From: Balanoglossus misakiensis
Taxonomy: Eukaryota > Animalia > Hemichordata
DNA length: 64,000 nucleotides
Assembly: GCA_040954595.2 (NCBI GenBank)
Contig: CM082596.2
Span: 8,755,124 to 8,819,123, forward strand
Reading direction: 5' to 3'
Numbering within the stretch: the first letter of the stretch is position 1; every line of letters begins with the position of its first letter. The notes beneath the pieces are model-generated. The model searched no databases and was not told the origin of the DNA. It worked only from the letters and a program-made list of their open reading frames with translations. This document shows positions 13,075-25,500 of the stretch, piece after piece. Made by a program: the position numbers and the translations under genes.

Positions 13075-13313
13075 AGGTATATGGTCACCTATGCAAATAT
13101 CGCTACAGTTACCATGGCAAATTGAGATCTAGCCAATCACAGATTTTCAGTGGGTGGCACCATAGACCCTCCTAGAGAAAGATCCTTCTTTCTCTAGGGT
13201 CTATGGTGGCACACATGAAAAAAAGAGCGCCACCAAATGTTCTTTAGTACCCTCAAATATGCCATTTCCGACATATATGGGCGTATATATAAATTGGAGG
13301 TGACCGTATACCT
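13075..13313. mobile_element. Kolobok-like TTAA MITE (AGGTATAC family) carrying a nested 45-bp element
   Basis: TTAA|aggtatatggtcacct ... aggtgaccgtatacct|TTAA; siblings at 18497-18680 and 31309-31496. Confidence 0.8.
13161..13205. mobile_element. 45-bp CATAG...CTATG hairpin with a 7-bp TSD (P-element-like mini-MITE)
   Basis: catagaccct...agggtctatg flanked by gtggcac at 13154-13160 and 13206-13212; the sibling MITE copies have a single gtggcac. Confidence 0.75.
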
Positions 13314-13461
13314 TTAATATGTTTTGTTTTTAGATAAAGCTGATAAAAAGAAAGAGTGTTGTGCAGCTGCAGGCTGGAGCCACAGTTAAGAAATAAAAAA
13401 CAGTACAAATTCTGCCGAAATCTGCAGATTCTCATCCTGATAATGTCAAAAATAACCTTTA

Positions 13462-13628
13462 GGGAATGGTCAGTTTCTTTGGCCTGGGGGGGATTCTATT
13501 TTGTCGATATCAAAAGTGACTGACCCCCTCTCCCTCATTGAAAATGGGAAGTGGGTGACTCCCATCACCCAATTCCAACCCCCCCTCCCCCATGAACCCA
13601 CCCCAGGCTGAAGAAACTGACCAGTCCC
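13462..13628. mobile_element. Short Harbinger-like MITE
   Basis: Imperfect TIR gggaatggtcagtttctttggcctgggg / ccccaggctgaagaaactgaccagtccc; TTA on the left flank. Confidence 0.55.
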
Positions 13629-14890
13629 TCACTAGCTGCTATCACCTCTAACTTACATGTACATGCCCAAATATGGTTCTGAGGGTCTGTCTCATTTTCC
13701 GTACAGAGACACCCTGGTACAGAGATTGTAGCGCGTGGATAATTCTAACTTACCCTGGGGGTCTGACTGGCAGCTGTGGCCATGCAGTCAGACCCCCTAG
13801 CTAAGTTTTTGAATGGCCATGTACATTGTTGAGGTGCTCTTTCATCACAGGGCCACCCACTGAAAGTCTGTGATTGGCTAGCTCTCAACTTTCCATGGCA
13901 ACTGTCACTAACTAGGTTACTGTATTCCAAACAATCACTAATGAATTGCAATGCATCGTGACAATTATCGAGAAAATAACCTCAGTTCAAAAATCTAAGA
14001 TGTATAAATATACTCTGATGGTCGAGTTTTCTACTTTGTGGAAAATTTGCTAACAGTACTTAAAATCTGACTCAAATCTATGAGATTCTTGAGAGTTTTT
14101 TGATACCGTTCGATTAAAAAATATATTTGGAAAATGTCTGATAATGGGACACCATGAACACAGCATAAAATCATTCATATAACCTTCAGCCCCTTTTTCC
14201 ACAGTTGCTAGAATTGCAGACATCAATGCAATCTTTGTCTAATTTTGAACCTGGAGGTATCATATGGACAGTTCTGACTTTCTTGCTGGAAAAAATAAAC
14301 CAGTTCTACGTTCTTCTATCAATAATTTTTATTTCTCACAAAAATTACATTGCAGGTAGAAAATTAGCTATTACAGCTCTTTCACAAAATAGTTTGTTAC
14401 AGTTATAAAAAGGACCAGCCTCATGTTTTGATGATGTCATTTTTTTCTCTATCTGTTCATAAAAAATACACTGGTCACCTACTCATGTCATGCATAAATG
14501 CATTCAAGAAAATTGTACTCTCATGTACTGCTTGCATGCATACGTCAACAATTAAAAAAAAATGCCTTTTAAAAACTGATGATGACAATGTTGCACATTC
14601 TGTAACATAAAGGTCCATGATGTAAATGTACAGTTCAAATTACTGATTTCCAAATCAAATAATGAAGATACAAGCCTGAAACTATCTCTCTATACACAGT
14701 TCTTCCACAATACACTACCGCACAAAACAACATGTAATGAGTGAAAAAGTAATGATGGAGGAAACACCAGTACCATATTTATTCACAATAGATTTCTTTT
14801 TAAAAAGTTGACTGCTGTTCAAGGTAATTTCAAGAACACATCACACTCAGCAAATGATGACATCATTTCATGTGGAAGTATAACATTTAA

Positions 14891-15232
14891 AGGGACAAAG
14901 TCTCTCTCTCGCTGCCCTTTTTCCATGAATTCTTTTTGATACAAGACAGTGTTAATGTTATTCTACATGTGGATATATAGTGAATCAATATTCGACCACA
15001 CACAATTTCTATCCCATTTGTAGGATATGAGAGTAAAAATCTCGCCAAAATGAATAAACAGTAAACACTGATTATTCATTTTGGCGATTTTTTCACTCTC
15101 GTGTCTACAAGACGGATAGAAGGTGTGTGGTTGAACGTTGATTCACTATATATCCACATGTACATTAACATAAACTGTCTTGTATCAAATATAATTAATG
15201 GCAAAGGGCAGCGAGAGAGAGACTTTGTCCCT
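14891..15232. mobile_element. Palindromic TTAA MITE (AGGGACAAAG family, Kolobok-like)
   Basis: TTAA|agggacaaagtctctctctcgctgcc ... ggcagcgagagagagactttgtccct|TTAA; the whole element folds back. Other copies lie at 32556-32903 and ~24188-24530, with partial copies at ~2185-2428 and ~33840-34065. Confidence 0.85.
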
Positions 15233-16532
15233 TTAATAGTTTTTCTCAAATTGACAAAATGCAGTAAATCACAATTTCATGGAATGACAAAAGGTAGATT
15301 GCTTGCGTGTCTCACTGCTCCTCTGAAATCAAAGGTTGCCATTAACTCTGATTATTTGTTTTGGATTCTTGTTGATGGTACTCTTTGGGGAGTTTCTTGT
15401 CAACACTGAATGGATGGATGATGTACAATGTATCAATTATGTGGAATGGATTGGCATGAAGTGAGATTACAGTACCTCCAAATCTACTACACCTCTATCT
15501 ACTACATATGCCCAAATATGGTTACACCATAAAAATGCCGTTGGCTAGATCTCGGCTTTCCATGGGAACTGTGGCTAAATTTGACCATATTACTTTAACC
15601 CTTTCACTATCATGGTTCAGTCCAAATCCAATTTTTTCCTATGGTATGGTTGGACCTCTAACGAGGGAACTAGGGGATAAACAGAGGGCAGGTAGTACAT
15701 CATCATTTTCTTTGAAACAATCCGGTGGTGTCTCTGACTTTATATATGCATCTCCAAAAGACCTACTTTTTCACATAATTTATAAGTTTTACATTTGTTG
15801 TCTTCTTCCAAAACACTCTACCATATATGGCATATATTAATCTCAATTTTTCTTTTAAAATAAATTGTGCTACAAACAAGGAGTAGCAATAAATACTAAT
15901 AAATCTCTGACAATACAAATAAATTGAGTTCCATGTATTTGTATAAATGTATCATAATTTTCAAGAAGATACACAACAGGTTGGTACATAAATTTGATCA
16001 ATATTTCTGTATCAATTTCCTTTTTACAACAAATGTCATTATCATGTGTTTTTGTAATATTCAATAAAATCCATCTGCATGCATGATTTTTATTAAAGCC
16101 CCATGAGCTGCCAAATTTCACATATTTTTTTTTCTGCAATAAAATACTTCTCCCTATCCTTTAGAATATTTCTTATATCACTTGTTCAAATTGCAACACA
16201 CAGCCATGCACAATCATAAAATAATGCAAAAAGTAGCAGCTCTTGTGGTTTTAATTATTTTGACTGATCATCTCTCTAACGATCGAACGGCAATTTATTG
16301 AAAATAATATGGAAGATCTAGAGCATTCATAGTGGCATGAAATCCACTCAGTTAAGAAAACTAATAAGATTTATTGCATCTGAAGTAAAAAATATATATC
16401 TATAAGAAAATCAGAGAAATCTTTTTTCTGTTATTAGAATAACAACTTTGGGAGAATGACAGTATTAACTGAAGTCTTTTGATCACAATCATTGATACCT
16501 GGTATTCTATAAAGTGTGCTTTTTGTTGAATC

Positions 16533-19500
16533 TTACTGTTTGGCACCGGACTGTTTCTTCATATTTCTTATTGCCACGGTTACAGTTGATTTGAGAGCTG
16601 CAACACACGCGGTCAGCTGTTCGTCTATTCGATTCAAACTATCATACTGACTGACCATTGCAGACTTCAACTCATCTTGGTCTTCTACATTCACCTGTAA
16701 TATTAATTATTAATCAAATATTAATTATTCATCATATTTCTCGCTAGTCTGGTCCCCTGCCCAATAAGCGCGTTTCCAGTTCCAGATACCCATGACGCTT
16801 TGCGCGAGGTCACGGGGTCAAAAGGTAAAACTTTAGGTCAGCGTAGCAGACGACATATTGTAAACAAACGTTGCGAGGCGAATTTTTTTGCGAATCTCAG
16901 TGAAAACGAACTTTTGAGGTGAGTTTTTACATTGAATAACAAATTTAGTGTGCCATTCAAGGCATTTCGAGTCGAATCTCGCATTGTCACTCGAATTTTT
17001 GGCGACTTTCATAACTTTTTGCCGACGTGTATTTCCTTAGGCCTGAACGGAAACACCAATACGTACGGCCGTGAATAGCTAGGCACGTACACGACTACAG
17101 TACAAAACCGTGAGGTCATCATGGTCAAGGCTCGTTTATTCTACCGGAAACTTTAAATGTAATGACAGCGGTAGTGCTTGATTTATTAATATTTTCATGA
17201 TAATCATGAGTGATTGTACCTATTTTGAAAAAAAACGCTTCTTTATTTTATATTCTATATGAACACCAGGTATTGTTGACAGTGTGACTATAACTACATT
17301 TTTAATTTATCTCTTGTAGAAAAATGTCATCTCAGAGTATTCATGAGGCTGAGCTAACGTATGACACATTTAAATTATGGAAGGTGCCAGCTCTCAAAGC
17401 ATTTCTTCAGAAAAGAGATCTGCCTGTTTCTGGGAGAAAAGAAGAGTTGGTGGCACTAGCATATGCAGCACATATAAACAAGACACCTTTGGTTACAACA
17501 GCCATAGAGAAGGAGGAAACGCGCCAAAGAGAATATAAAATGGCATTGGTCATTTCTGATGGCTGTGTTTTGCCAGATCCATTCACCTCTTTGACGTCTG
17601 GATGGCAAAATGAAAATACAGCAATGCATATGTGGCCCCCAACTATGATAACGGATATCCAAAATTACTTGCAGGAACATGAGACTGATATCAGCAAGAC
17701 CAATTTATCGAAAAGGCTGTTAAATGATTACAAAGAGGGCAAGGCATTTAGTTATTTCTCCTCACAGTTTCTTTTTGAGGTTTATTACCACCACATCTCC
17801 GAAGATAGTCCATACTGTTTCCTGAAATCCAAATGTACACCATCACAAAGACTGGCAGATTGTGCCCATGAACTGTGGGTTGCTATTGAGAAAGAGACGG
17901 GAGTGATTAAAAGTTCACATTGTACTTGTGTAGCTGGGTGAGTACCTTTACATATTTTTTTAATGGGAAAAACTATATTTTTTCACTGACCTATGCTGTT
18001 ATATCAGCATTTTGACATTTTAAATTCTACTTACTAGTCTCAATAAAAATTAAGTGACTCTGATAAATAATTTATACTAACTCAAGTATAAAAACTGCAC
18101 AATAACTTATTTTTATTCATATATTGTTAATATTAGTCTGAATAATTTTATTATGTCTTCAATATTTCTCTTTATGCCACATATTTGGCTCAAAGTTCTC
18201 AAATTAACCAACCAAAGTAGTTTAATATTTAACGAATGCTCTCTCTTTGCTTTGTATTGTATTGTACAGATATGGTAAATCATGCAATCATGTGGCAGCA
18301 GTACTTTTGAAAATTGACTTCTGTTGGAAGTATGGTTATGTGGTCAAGTCACAGACATCTCTACCCTGTACATGGAGAGGATCTGGTAAAACTCTTCTTG
18401 TTCAACCAGTACCAATAAAAGAAATGGAATGGAAATCCCCACATGCTGATAAATCTGGTACACCAATCTTATTTAGATAATTTCTGAAAACATTAAAGGT
18501 ATACGGTCACCTATGGAAAATAAGCTATAGTTACCATGGCAAAATGAGATCTAGCCAATCACAAATTTTCATTGGGTGGCACACGCGAAAACAAGAGCGC
18601 CACCATATGTTCTTTAGAAGGCTCTAATACGCAATTTCAGCCATACATGAGTGATGTAAATTGGAGGTGATTGTATACCTTTAAATTGCAATCTGTAGTA
18701 TCTCTGTTGCCATCAATGGCATATTACCATGTAATATTCACCTAATTTAATTTGAAGTCCTTTACAAAACCTAATGAACAGCTGATGTAAGAAAAAGTAT
18801 GGTGTGAAATGCTGTGCAACCAAGTCTTGTTCTTACTTTCCTGTATGTGTTGTATGTATGTATGTGTGTGGGGGGGGGGGGGGTGGGGGGGGGGGTATCC
18901 TATACATACCGGTATATACTTTGGCTTCCATACAATTTCAACCTGATGAAGTGGGATTAAGCCCATGAAACGCCGGAATATAAAATTAGTTTGTAGTGAA
19001 CTGAAGAACATTGTGTCCAAGAGTTGGTGCTACTTGACCACTTCATTTAATATTATTGGTCAATTCATGAATATGTATTTGATATTATTTTTTCAGATCA
19101 CACAAGCACCATTAATCCTGCTGTGAAGTCATTGTTTGTGCCACACAAGAGGAATAAAGACAAGGGGATGACATTTCAAACTTTCCTTGAAAATGCTAAA
19201 GTTGTATCTCCAGGTTCTGTCATATTTTCTGAAACATCTACAGAGAGAGACACTTCTTTTGACAATTTGAGCCAGTCATCTGTTGGTAATTTTCCAGCAC
19301 CATTGCCCCCTACACTTCATGACTTGTTAAGTTTCTCAGATATTACTGATATTTGTGATTTACCAAAGTACAGTAATGAAACAGTGTCAGCTATTGAAAA
19401 TAGTACAATTGGGCAAAGTGAAAATGAGATTTGGATTGAAAACAGAAAAGGGCGTATAACTGCATCTAATTTTCACTCTGTGTACACTAAAGTGAACACA

Positions 19501-22500
19501 ATTCAGATGGCCGAAAATCCAAAATCAATCGAGACAAAGTCCTTATCTTGTAGGCTACTTGGATGTGTTTCTCCCAATCCAAACATTGGGTCACTCAAGT
19601 TTGGGAGACGTATGGAGTCAGTGGCTAAAAGTAACTATTTGAAAATTATGAAAGGAAATGGTCACAAAAATATCCATCTCTTTGAATGTGGTCTATTTGT
19701 TGATAAAAACAATATATTTCTGGGAGCAAGCCCTGATGCAATAGTCAAATGTGACTGTTGTGGTATTGGTCTGTTGGAATGCAAATGTCCTATATCAGTA
19801 TCAGATTCAGTACCAAGTCATACCAATTTAATTTACCTAACATCTGCTAATGGTGTAACAAAACTCAAACATACTTCTTCATATTATAGCCAGGTTCAAG
19901 GTCAAATGGCAATTGCTGAAAAAAAGTGGTGTGATTTTTTTGTTTATTCTATGCATGGATACCACTTAGAAAGGATAACATTTGACCATGATTATTGGAA
20001 AAAAATTGTAAAAAATCTGGCATATTTCTACAATCACCATTTATTGAATGAAATTAAGTCCCACACCTGCAAATGGACAGCCTCTGCTGTGGAATTATGA
20101 TTATATATATCCATGATTCCTCTGCAAAATGATACATCATTTATGTATTTTAATATTTTAAGTGTGTAAAACTTAATAAAATCATGTTAATTTGACAGTA
20201 TGTTTTTGACTTTTCATTCCACAATGACAATGTTTAATCTCCATCCTTAAAATATGCATAATATCGAATGAAATACTTCTCGTAGTTATATGCCCAACAA
20301 CCCAGTGTAGAGAACGTATGGATAGGCAGACCGCCTTCTGCTGGGATTTCTTTGAGTAGTCTTCAACTAAACAGGGGAAATAACTTACATAACCCAGAGC
20401 TGCAGTAACGTACATCTTTTATTTTCATATAAAAAAAACTTTATCGCACTAATGGTGGTAAAAAATTACATAATGCAGCACATACAGTGATGACATCATC
20501 TATTACTGGTATCAAAGAAATTGGGTAAGTATTTCGTAAAATCCTAAAATGTTTAAACCTGTTGATAGCCCTTTCCACGTGTATTCTCAAATTTGCAATT
20601 TTTTTCGTCATTTTAACCTCACTTTCAGTTTGTTGTTCTTTCCCCCTTACCCCAGGTGGTATTATAAGTTTTGCCCCCCTGATCAAAAAATCTTGTTTCA
20701 ATGTGAAACCTTTATCAGCCAAATGCTGATCGCCTTGTTCAACAAAATCCAAAAACCCAGAATTCCTCACAATATAATTATCGGAAGTTCTCCCACCCCA
20801 GGCTCCAGAAATAAAACTAATTGACCCCCTTGGTGAACAAGAAACCAGCAATTTGGCTGTGTTATGCTTCTTATAATCTGACCAGGTTTGAGCTTGCAGC
20901 TTCAAGTCCCTAGGCCTCTCAATAAATATTTCCGTGCAATCTAATATGCTGACGAGTCTGGGAAAATGTTTCTGAAAACACTTTGGAAGGTTTGGCAAAA
21001 CATACTCTTTAGGTTGATAACGTATCATTTGTTTCAACTCTTTAGAGAGAACTTTGACCCATGTATTGAAAATTCTACTCGCATGTGCAGGTGAAATGTT
21101 GAAACGATCAGCCAGGTCTTTATTTAAAAGACCCAATCTCAACTTCATAAGGACAAGAAGCATTTCATCCTTTCCACCCAGTTTTCTTTGGGGACCAAAC
21201 TTTTTGGGTGATTTATTAAACTTCCTTGGGACTTTTGTGCTTATAATATTTTTCACACCATACCAATATCTCATTTTCCTGGTTTTCGGATCAATGTAAT
21301 CAAAAATTAAATTGAAAAGAGCAATGCTTGGTAGACCTGTGTAAAATTTACATTTCGAATCATCTTTCAATAATTTTTCAAACATATGTTTTCCATTTTC
21401 ACTGATTTTTTGCTCAACTGACTTTTTCATTCTAATCAATTCTTCAAGGTCTTGAATTTTATTTAGCAAATCCTTGATTGTCTCATTTTTTTCATGACAC
21501 CCCAAACAATTACAATCTTGACTACAGTCACAAGATCTAAAGTAAGAGTGGTCATCTAGATGTGAAGAATTTCCACTTGATGATGAAGTGTCTGCAGCAT
21601 TTTTGTGTTCACAGTCAACTAATATTTCACTAGCGTTCTCATCTTTTTTTCGTGATTCCTCAGTGGACAAAACAGATGAACTTGAAGGGTTGCTTGAATT
21701 TGGATTGTGTTCTCTCTCTACTGGCCTTTCAACTGTTTTCCTTTTCTTTGGAACTGCGGAACAACACGTGGACCTCTCTATTTTTCGCCTTGTTTGCTTT
21801 AGTTTTACAGGATAACCTAGGTGTAGAGTTGGATTTGGGTTTTCTTGGGTGGGTTTGCTGTCAACAAAGTGCTGTGAACAAACTCGACTGTATGTGTTTG
21901 GTTCCCAAATCTTTCCTGTAGTAGCATCTTTAAGGTTGATCAGTCTAATCCACTCTTTCAACACCTCTGTATTGCTTTCTTTGTTTGGGAAAGGGAATAG
22001 CGTAAATGGTGGGTCACAAAAACATCTACCTGTGTCGAATTGACAGTGGTGTATTTGGCAATACTGCCTCCTCCATTGTCTTATTTTATGGGTATTATTA
22101 GTGCACCCATGCACTGCACAGGAACAGGTGGGCATCCCTAAACTTCCTATTCACTCACACGAGAATCTGGTAAAAAAAGAAATACCTATATAGTCTATGT
22201 CTATGCAATGTTTTATGCCTGCATTGGTCGGTCGTCAACATAATTACATGTCTGCTATATAACACCACACGAACCGATTACGTGCCTAGCTATTCACGGC
22301 CGTACGTATTGGTGTTTCCGTTCAGGCCTAAGGAAATACACGTCGGCAAAAAGTTATGAAAGTCGCCAAAAATTCGAGTGACAATGCGAGATTCGACTCG
22401 AAATGCCTTGAATGGCACACTAAATTTGTTATTCAATGTAAAAACTCACCTCAAAAGTTCGTTTTCACTGAGATTCGCAAAAAAATTCGCCTCGCAACGT

Positions 22501-25500
22501 TTGTTTACAATATGTCGTCTGCTACGCTGACCTAAAGTTTTACCTTTTGACCCCGTGACCTCGCGCAAAGCGTCATGGGTATCTGGAACTGGAAACGCGC
22601 TTATTCTCTGACCGCTGGCTGCGCTAGGCTAAAAGGAAATGGTCAGATATGCCTGCTATCTTGGACAAAATTTAGTACAGCTAGCATACCGGTATATAAT
22701 GAGACAAAGCATATGTGATCATAACCCACGCCCAAGATGTCTGTTTCCAATGATCGCACACAGGTACAGTGTCAGAGTCAGGTGTACCTGGCAAGATTTG
22801 AGATTTGACGCTCCTCCGTTCTTACCAAAAGGAAGGGTCTTGAAATTTATAGCGATTTCCTTACCGACTGGGATTGAGGATGCACAAAATTTGGTGCAAG
22901 ATGGCAGCCATGACCTGACCATTTGTTTTTAGCGTGGTGCAGTCAGCGGTGGGAATGGGGCAGGGGACCAGACTAAATTCTCGCTACTTTAAATAGGTTT
23001 TTGCTACCTAGGTGAGTGATGAAAATCTTACATGGTCGACAAAATTTCAAGATGGCCGTTTTTTTGCCACATTTAAGAAATAGAAGTTCATGAGCTGAAG
23101 TGATACTGGGTCATTCTAAAACTTTGTAACAGAAAAAAATAACAAAATGTGAAAAAAGGCGAATGAGTTTAATCTGTTTACTGCAAAGACAGAAATTTTT
23201 GACCAACGTAAGTCATGAAATACAGTCAACATATCATTTCATTATACCACCGTATACAATCTGATTAAAATCAAATGTAGGGTACGGCGACGTCTTTTTA
23301 CTTTGCGGTACGGTATTCTTATATGCTGTCGTCTCACACTACATCTGACCAACTCCCATAGAAGCTCCTGTTCAAAATCTCTGGCATTAGTGGGCCAGTA
23401 AACCAATCAGAAGGAGCCTTATAGAGACATAATTAGATATCCTTCAGTGTAGATCAACATAACGTGCAATCTGATTGGCCTGGTTGCAATGGGAGGTTGA
23501 TAGGAGCTTCTATGGGAGTTGGTCAGATGTAGTGTGAGGCGACAGCATGAGAATGCCGTACAGTGAAGTAAAAGATGTCGCCATACTCTACATCTGATTT
23601 TAATCAGATTGTACGTATGTTGTTGACCTTTTTCCCAGAATGCAATTATTTTAATGTGATTTGTCCCCCTAGTAGAAGTAGCCAGAATTGGAGTCACTTA
23701 TTTCACAGTGAAAGTTTCATCTCTGCCTAGGAGTTCTTCAGTTTAAACAAATTTGTTTCTGGTAGCTGGAAAGTTACATGTGGCAAGAATGGTCATAGAT
23801 TGTTATTATAGTCCTCACCTGTTCATTGTGACTTTTCAGGTGATTAATTCCTTGTTGAACACCCTTGACATCTTTGAAGAAAACTTTGAGAGCTTTTGCA
23901 ATTTCCGCATCTACAGATGACGACATTGGGCGTTTGACGTTATTGTGGGCAGATGTGATGCGTGGCGGACTTGGACTACGTGAACGCACGGACGGACTGG
24001 ATGGACGATCATTCGCTGTTACAACAGAGCGCCGAGGTCCTGTGTGTGAAATCATGACAGCTCCATTATAGCTGTAACTTTTTGCTGTGTTTGTAATTTT
24101 TTTTCAAATGAACAGTTTTGTTTAGTTTTCTCTGTGATCAAGAAAGTTTTGTTATATTAAGAACCTTGTAAGACCCTTGCATATGGGCGGGGACAAAGTC
24201 TCTCTCTTGCTGCCGTTTTTTCCATTAATTATATTTGATACAAGACACCGTTTATGTTATTCTACATGTGGACATATAGTGAATCAACGTTCGACCACAC
24301 ACAACTTCCATTTAACTTGTAGACACAAGAGTGAAAAACTCGCCACAATGAATAAATCAGTGTTTACCATTTATTCATTTTGGGCGAGATTTTTACTCTC
24401 ATATCCAACAAACAGGATGGAAGTTTTGTGTGGTCGAATGTTGATTCACTACATATACACATGTAGAATAACATGAACAGTGTCTTGTATCAATGGAAAA
24501 ACAACAGCAAGGGAGAGACTTTGTCTGTTTAAACCGCAAGAAACATATTATTTATCCCATGCCACTCTATGGAAGAAGCTATCATTTACGATAATTACCT
24601 TTAGCAGTGACTGGGGGTTTGCCATTCATTAACGCGGCTTTGGCCACATTAGCATCTTTGGATTTTTCCAGTTTTTGTTTCAAGGTGAAGACGTCTTTCC
24701 TGCTTGCATTATAGGCCTGCGACAATGCTTCATTTTCATCTGTCTTCTTCATCAACTGCTCTTCCAGTGCTGCGATCTCTCTGTCTTTGCTGGCCTGTAC
24801 AAATAAGTACAATTGGAACAGGTTTATTTTAAAGCTATTGGTAATAAGCTTATTGAGGGCATCATAGTCCGGTGGCTAGAGCAGTGGACTCATGATCAGA
24901 GGGTTTGTGGGTTTGACCGGTCCTGGCAAGGCTTGTGGTGTTGTGTCCTTGAGCAAGGTACTTTACCTCTCATTGCTTCTCCCCACCCAGAAGTCATGGG
25001 TGCCTGGTAGGACAGAGATTGCAATGTGTGTGTTTAGCTCTGCTGCGCTTATGGCTGCACATGTGAGCTGTTGTTTTCTTCCCAGGGAGATGAATTTAGC
25101 GTCAATGCCCAGGGGTAATAATAGTTGTAAAGCGCCTTGAGTAGAGATGTGCGTTATAAGAACTTATTATTATCAAATTCCAGGCTACCACACCCACTCC
25201 CGCAGTATAGTAGATACTTTGGGTTTATGGATATTTAACTCTTACTGTATTATCATTGATTACAAATATGTACTAGTATATCTAGTTTTTATAATGAGCT
25301 TCAAAATCAAAAAGGACTGTAATTAACACACTTCAGTTTGTTGGGAATTGAAAAACTCTTACAAGTTTAATTTCTAAAAATTTTAAGTTTTCTTTCAGTA
25401 AATCGGGGCTTTAAAAGTCTAAACTTTTACAGCAACATGGCTAATATGCGTATAGGAAAAAAATTCAAAACATTTATTTATATTTGATGAAGAAACAATT

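Larger units (their letters stand above)
16766..22602. mobile_element. Apparently autonomous ISL2EU-type (PIF/Harbinger-related) DNA transposon, 5837 bp
   Basis: 324-bp TIRs (16766-17089 and 22279-22602), AT duplication at 16764-65 and 22603-04, and two convergent intact genes (THAP-DDE transposase and YqaJ nuclease). Confidence 0.92.
16745..22975. mobile_element. AcademH-like TAG...CTA MITE (~390 bp when reconstructed), interrupted by the ISL2EU element
   Basis: Ends tagtctggtcccctgccc (16745) and gggcaggggaccagacta (22975); 9-bp TSD atttctcgc / aattctcgc (8/9 match); the rest of its left TIR resumes after 22604. Confidence 0.75.

Noticed and set aside
19123-20100. YqaJ ORF as phage or bacterial contamination or recent horizontal transfer
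   Set aside because: It is the third exon of a gene with spliceosomal introns inside a eukaryotic TIR transposon.
16766-22602. P element (because of THAP) or a domesticated HARBI1-like host gene
   Set aside because: The catalytic domain is DDE_Tnp_4/Harbinger-like and the TSD is AT; perfect TIRs and a TSD indicate a mobile element, not a domesticated gene.
24858-24935. tRNA gene
   Set aside because: Degenerate cloverleaf that continues into a SINE core and tail.
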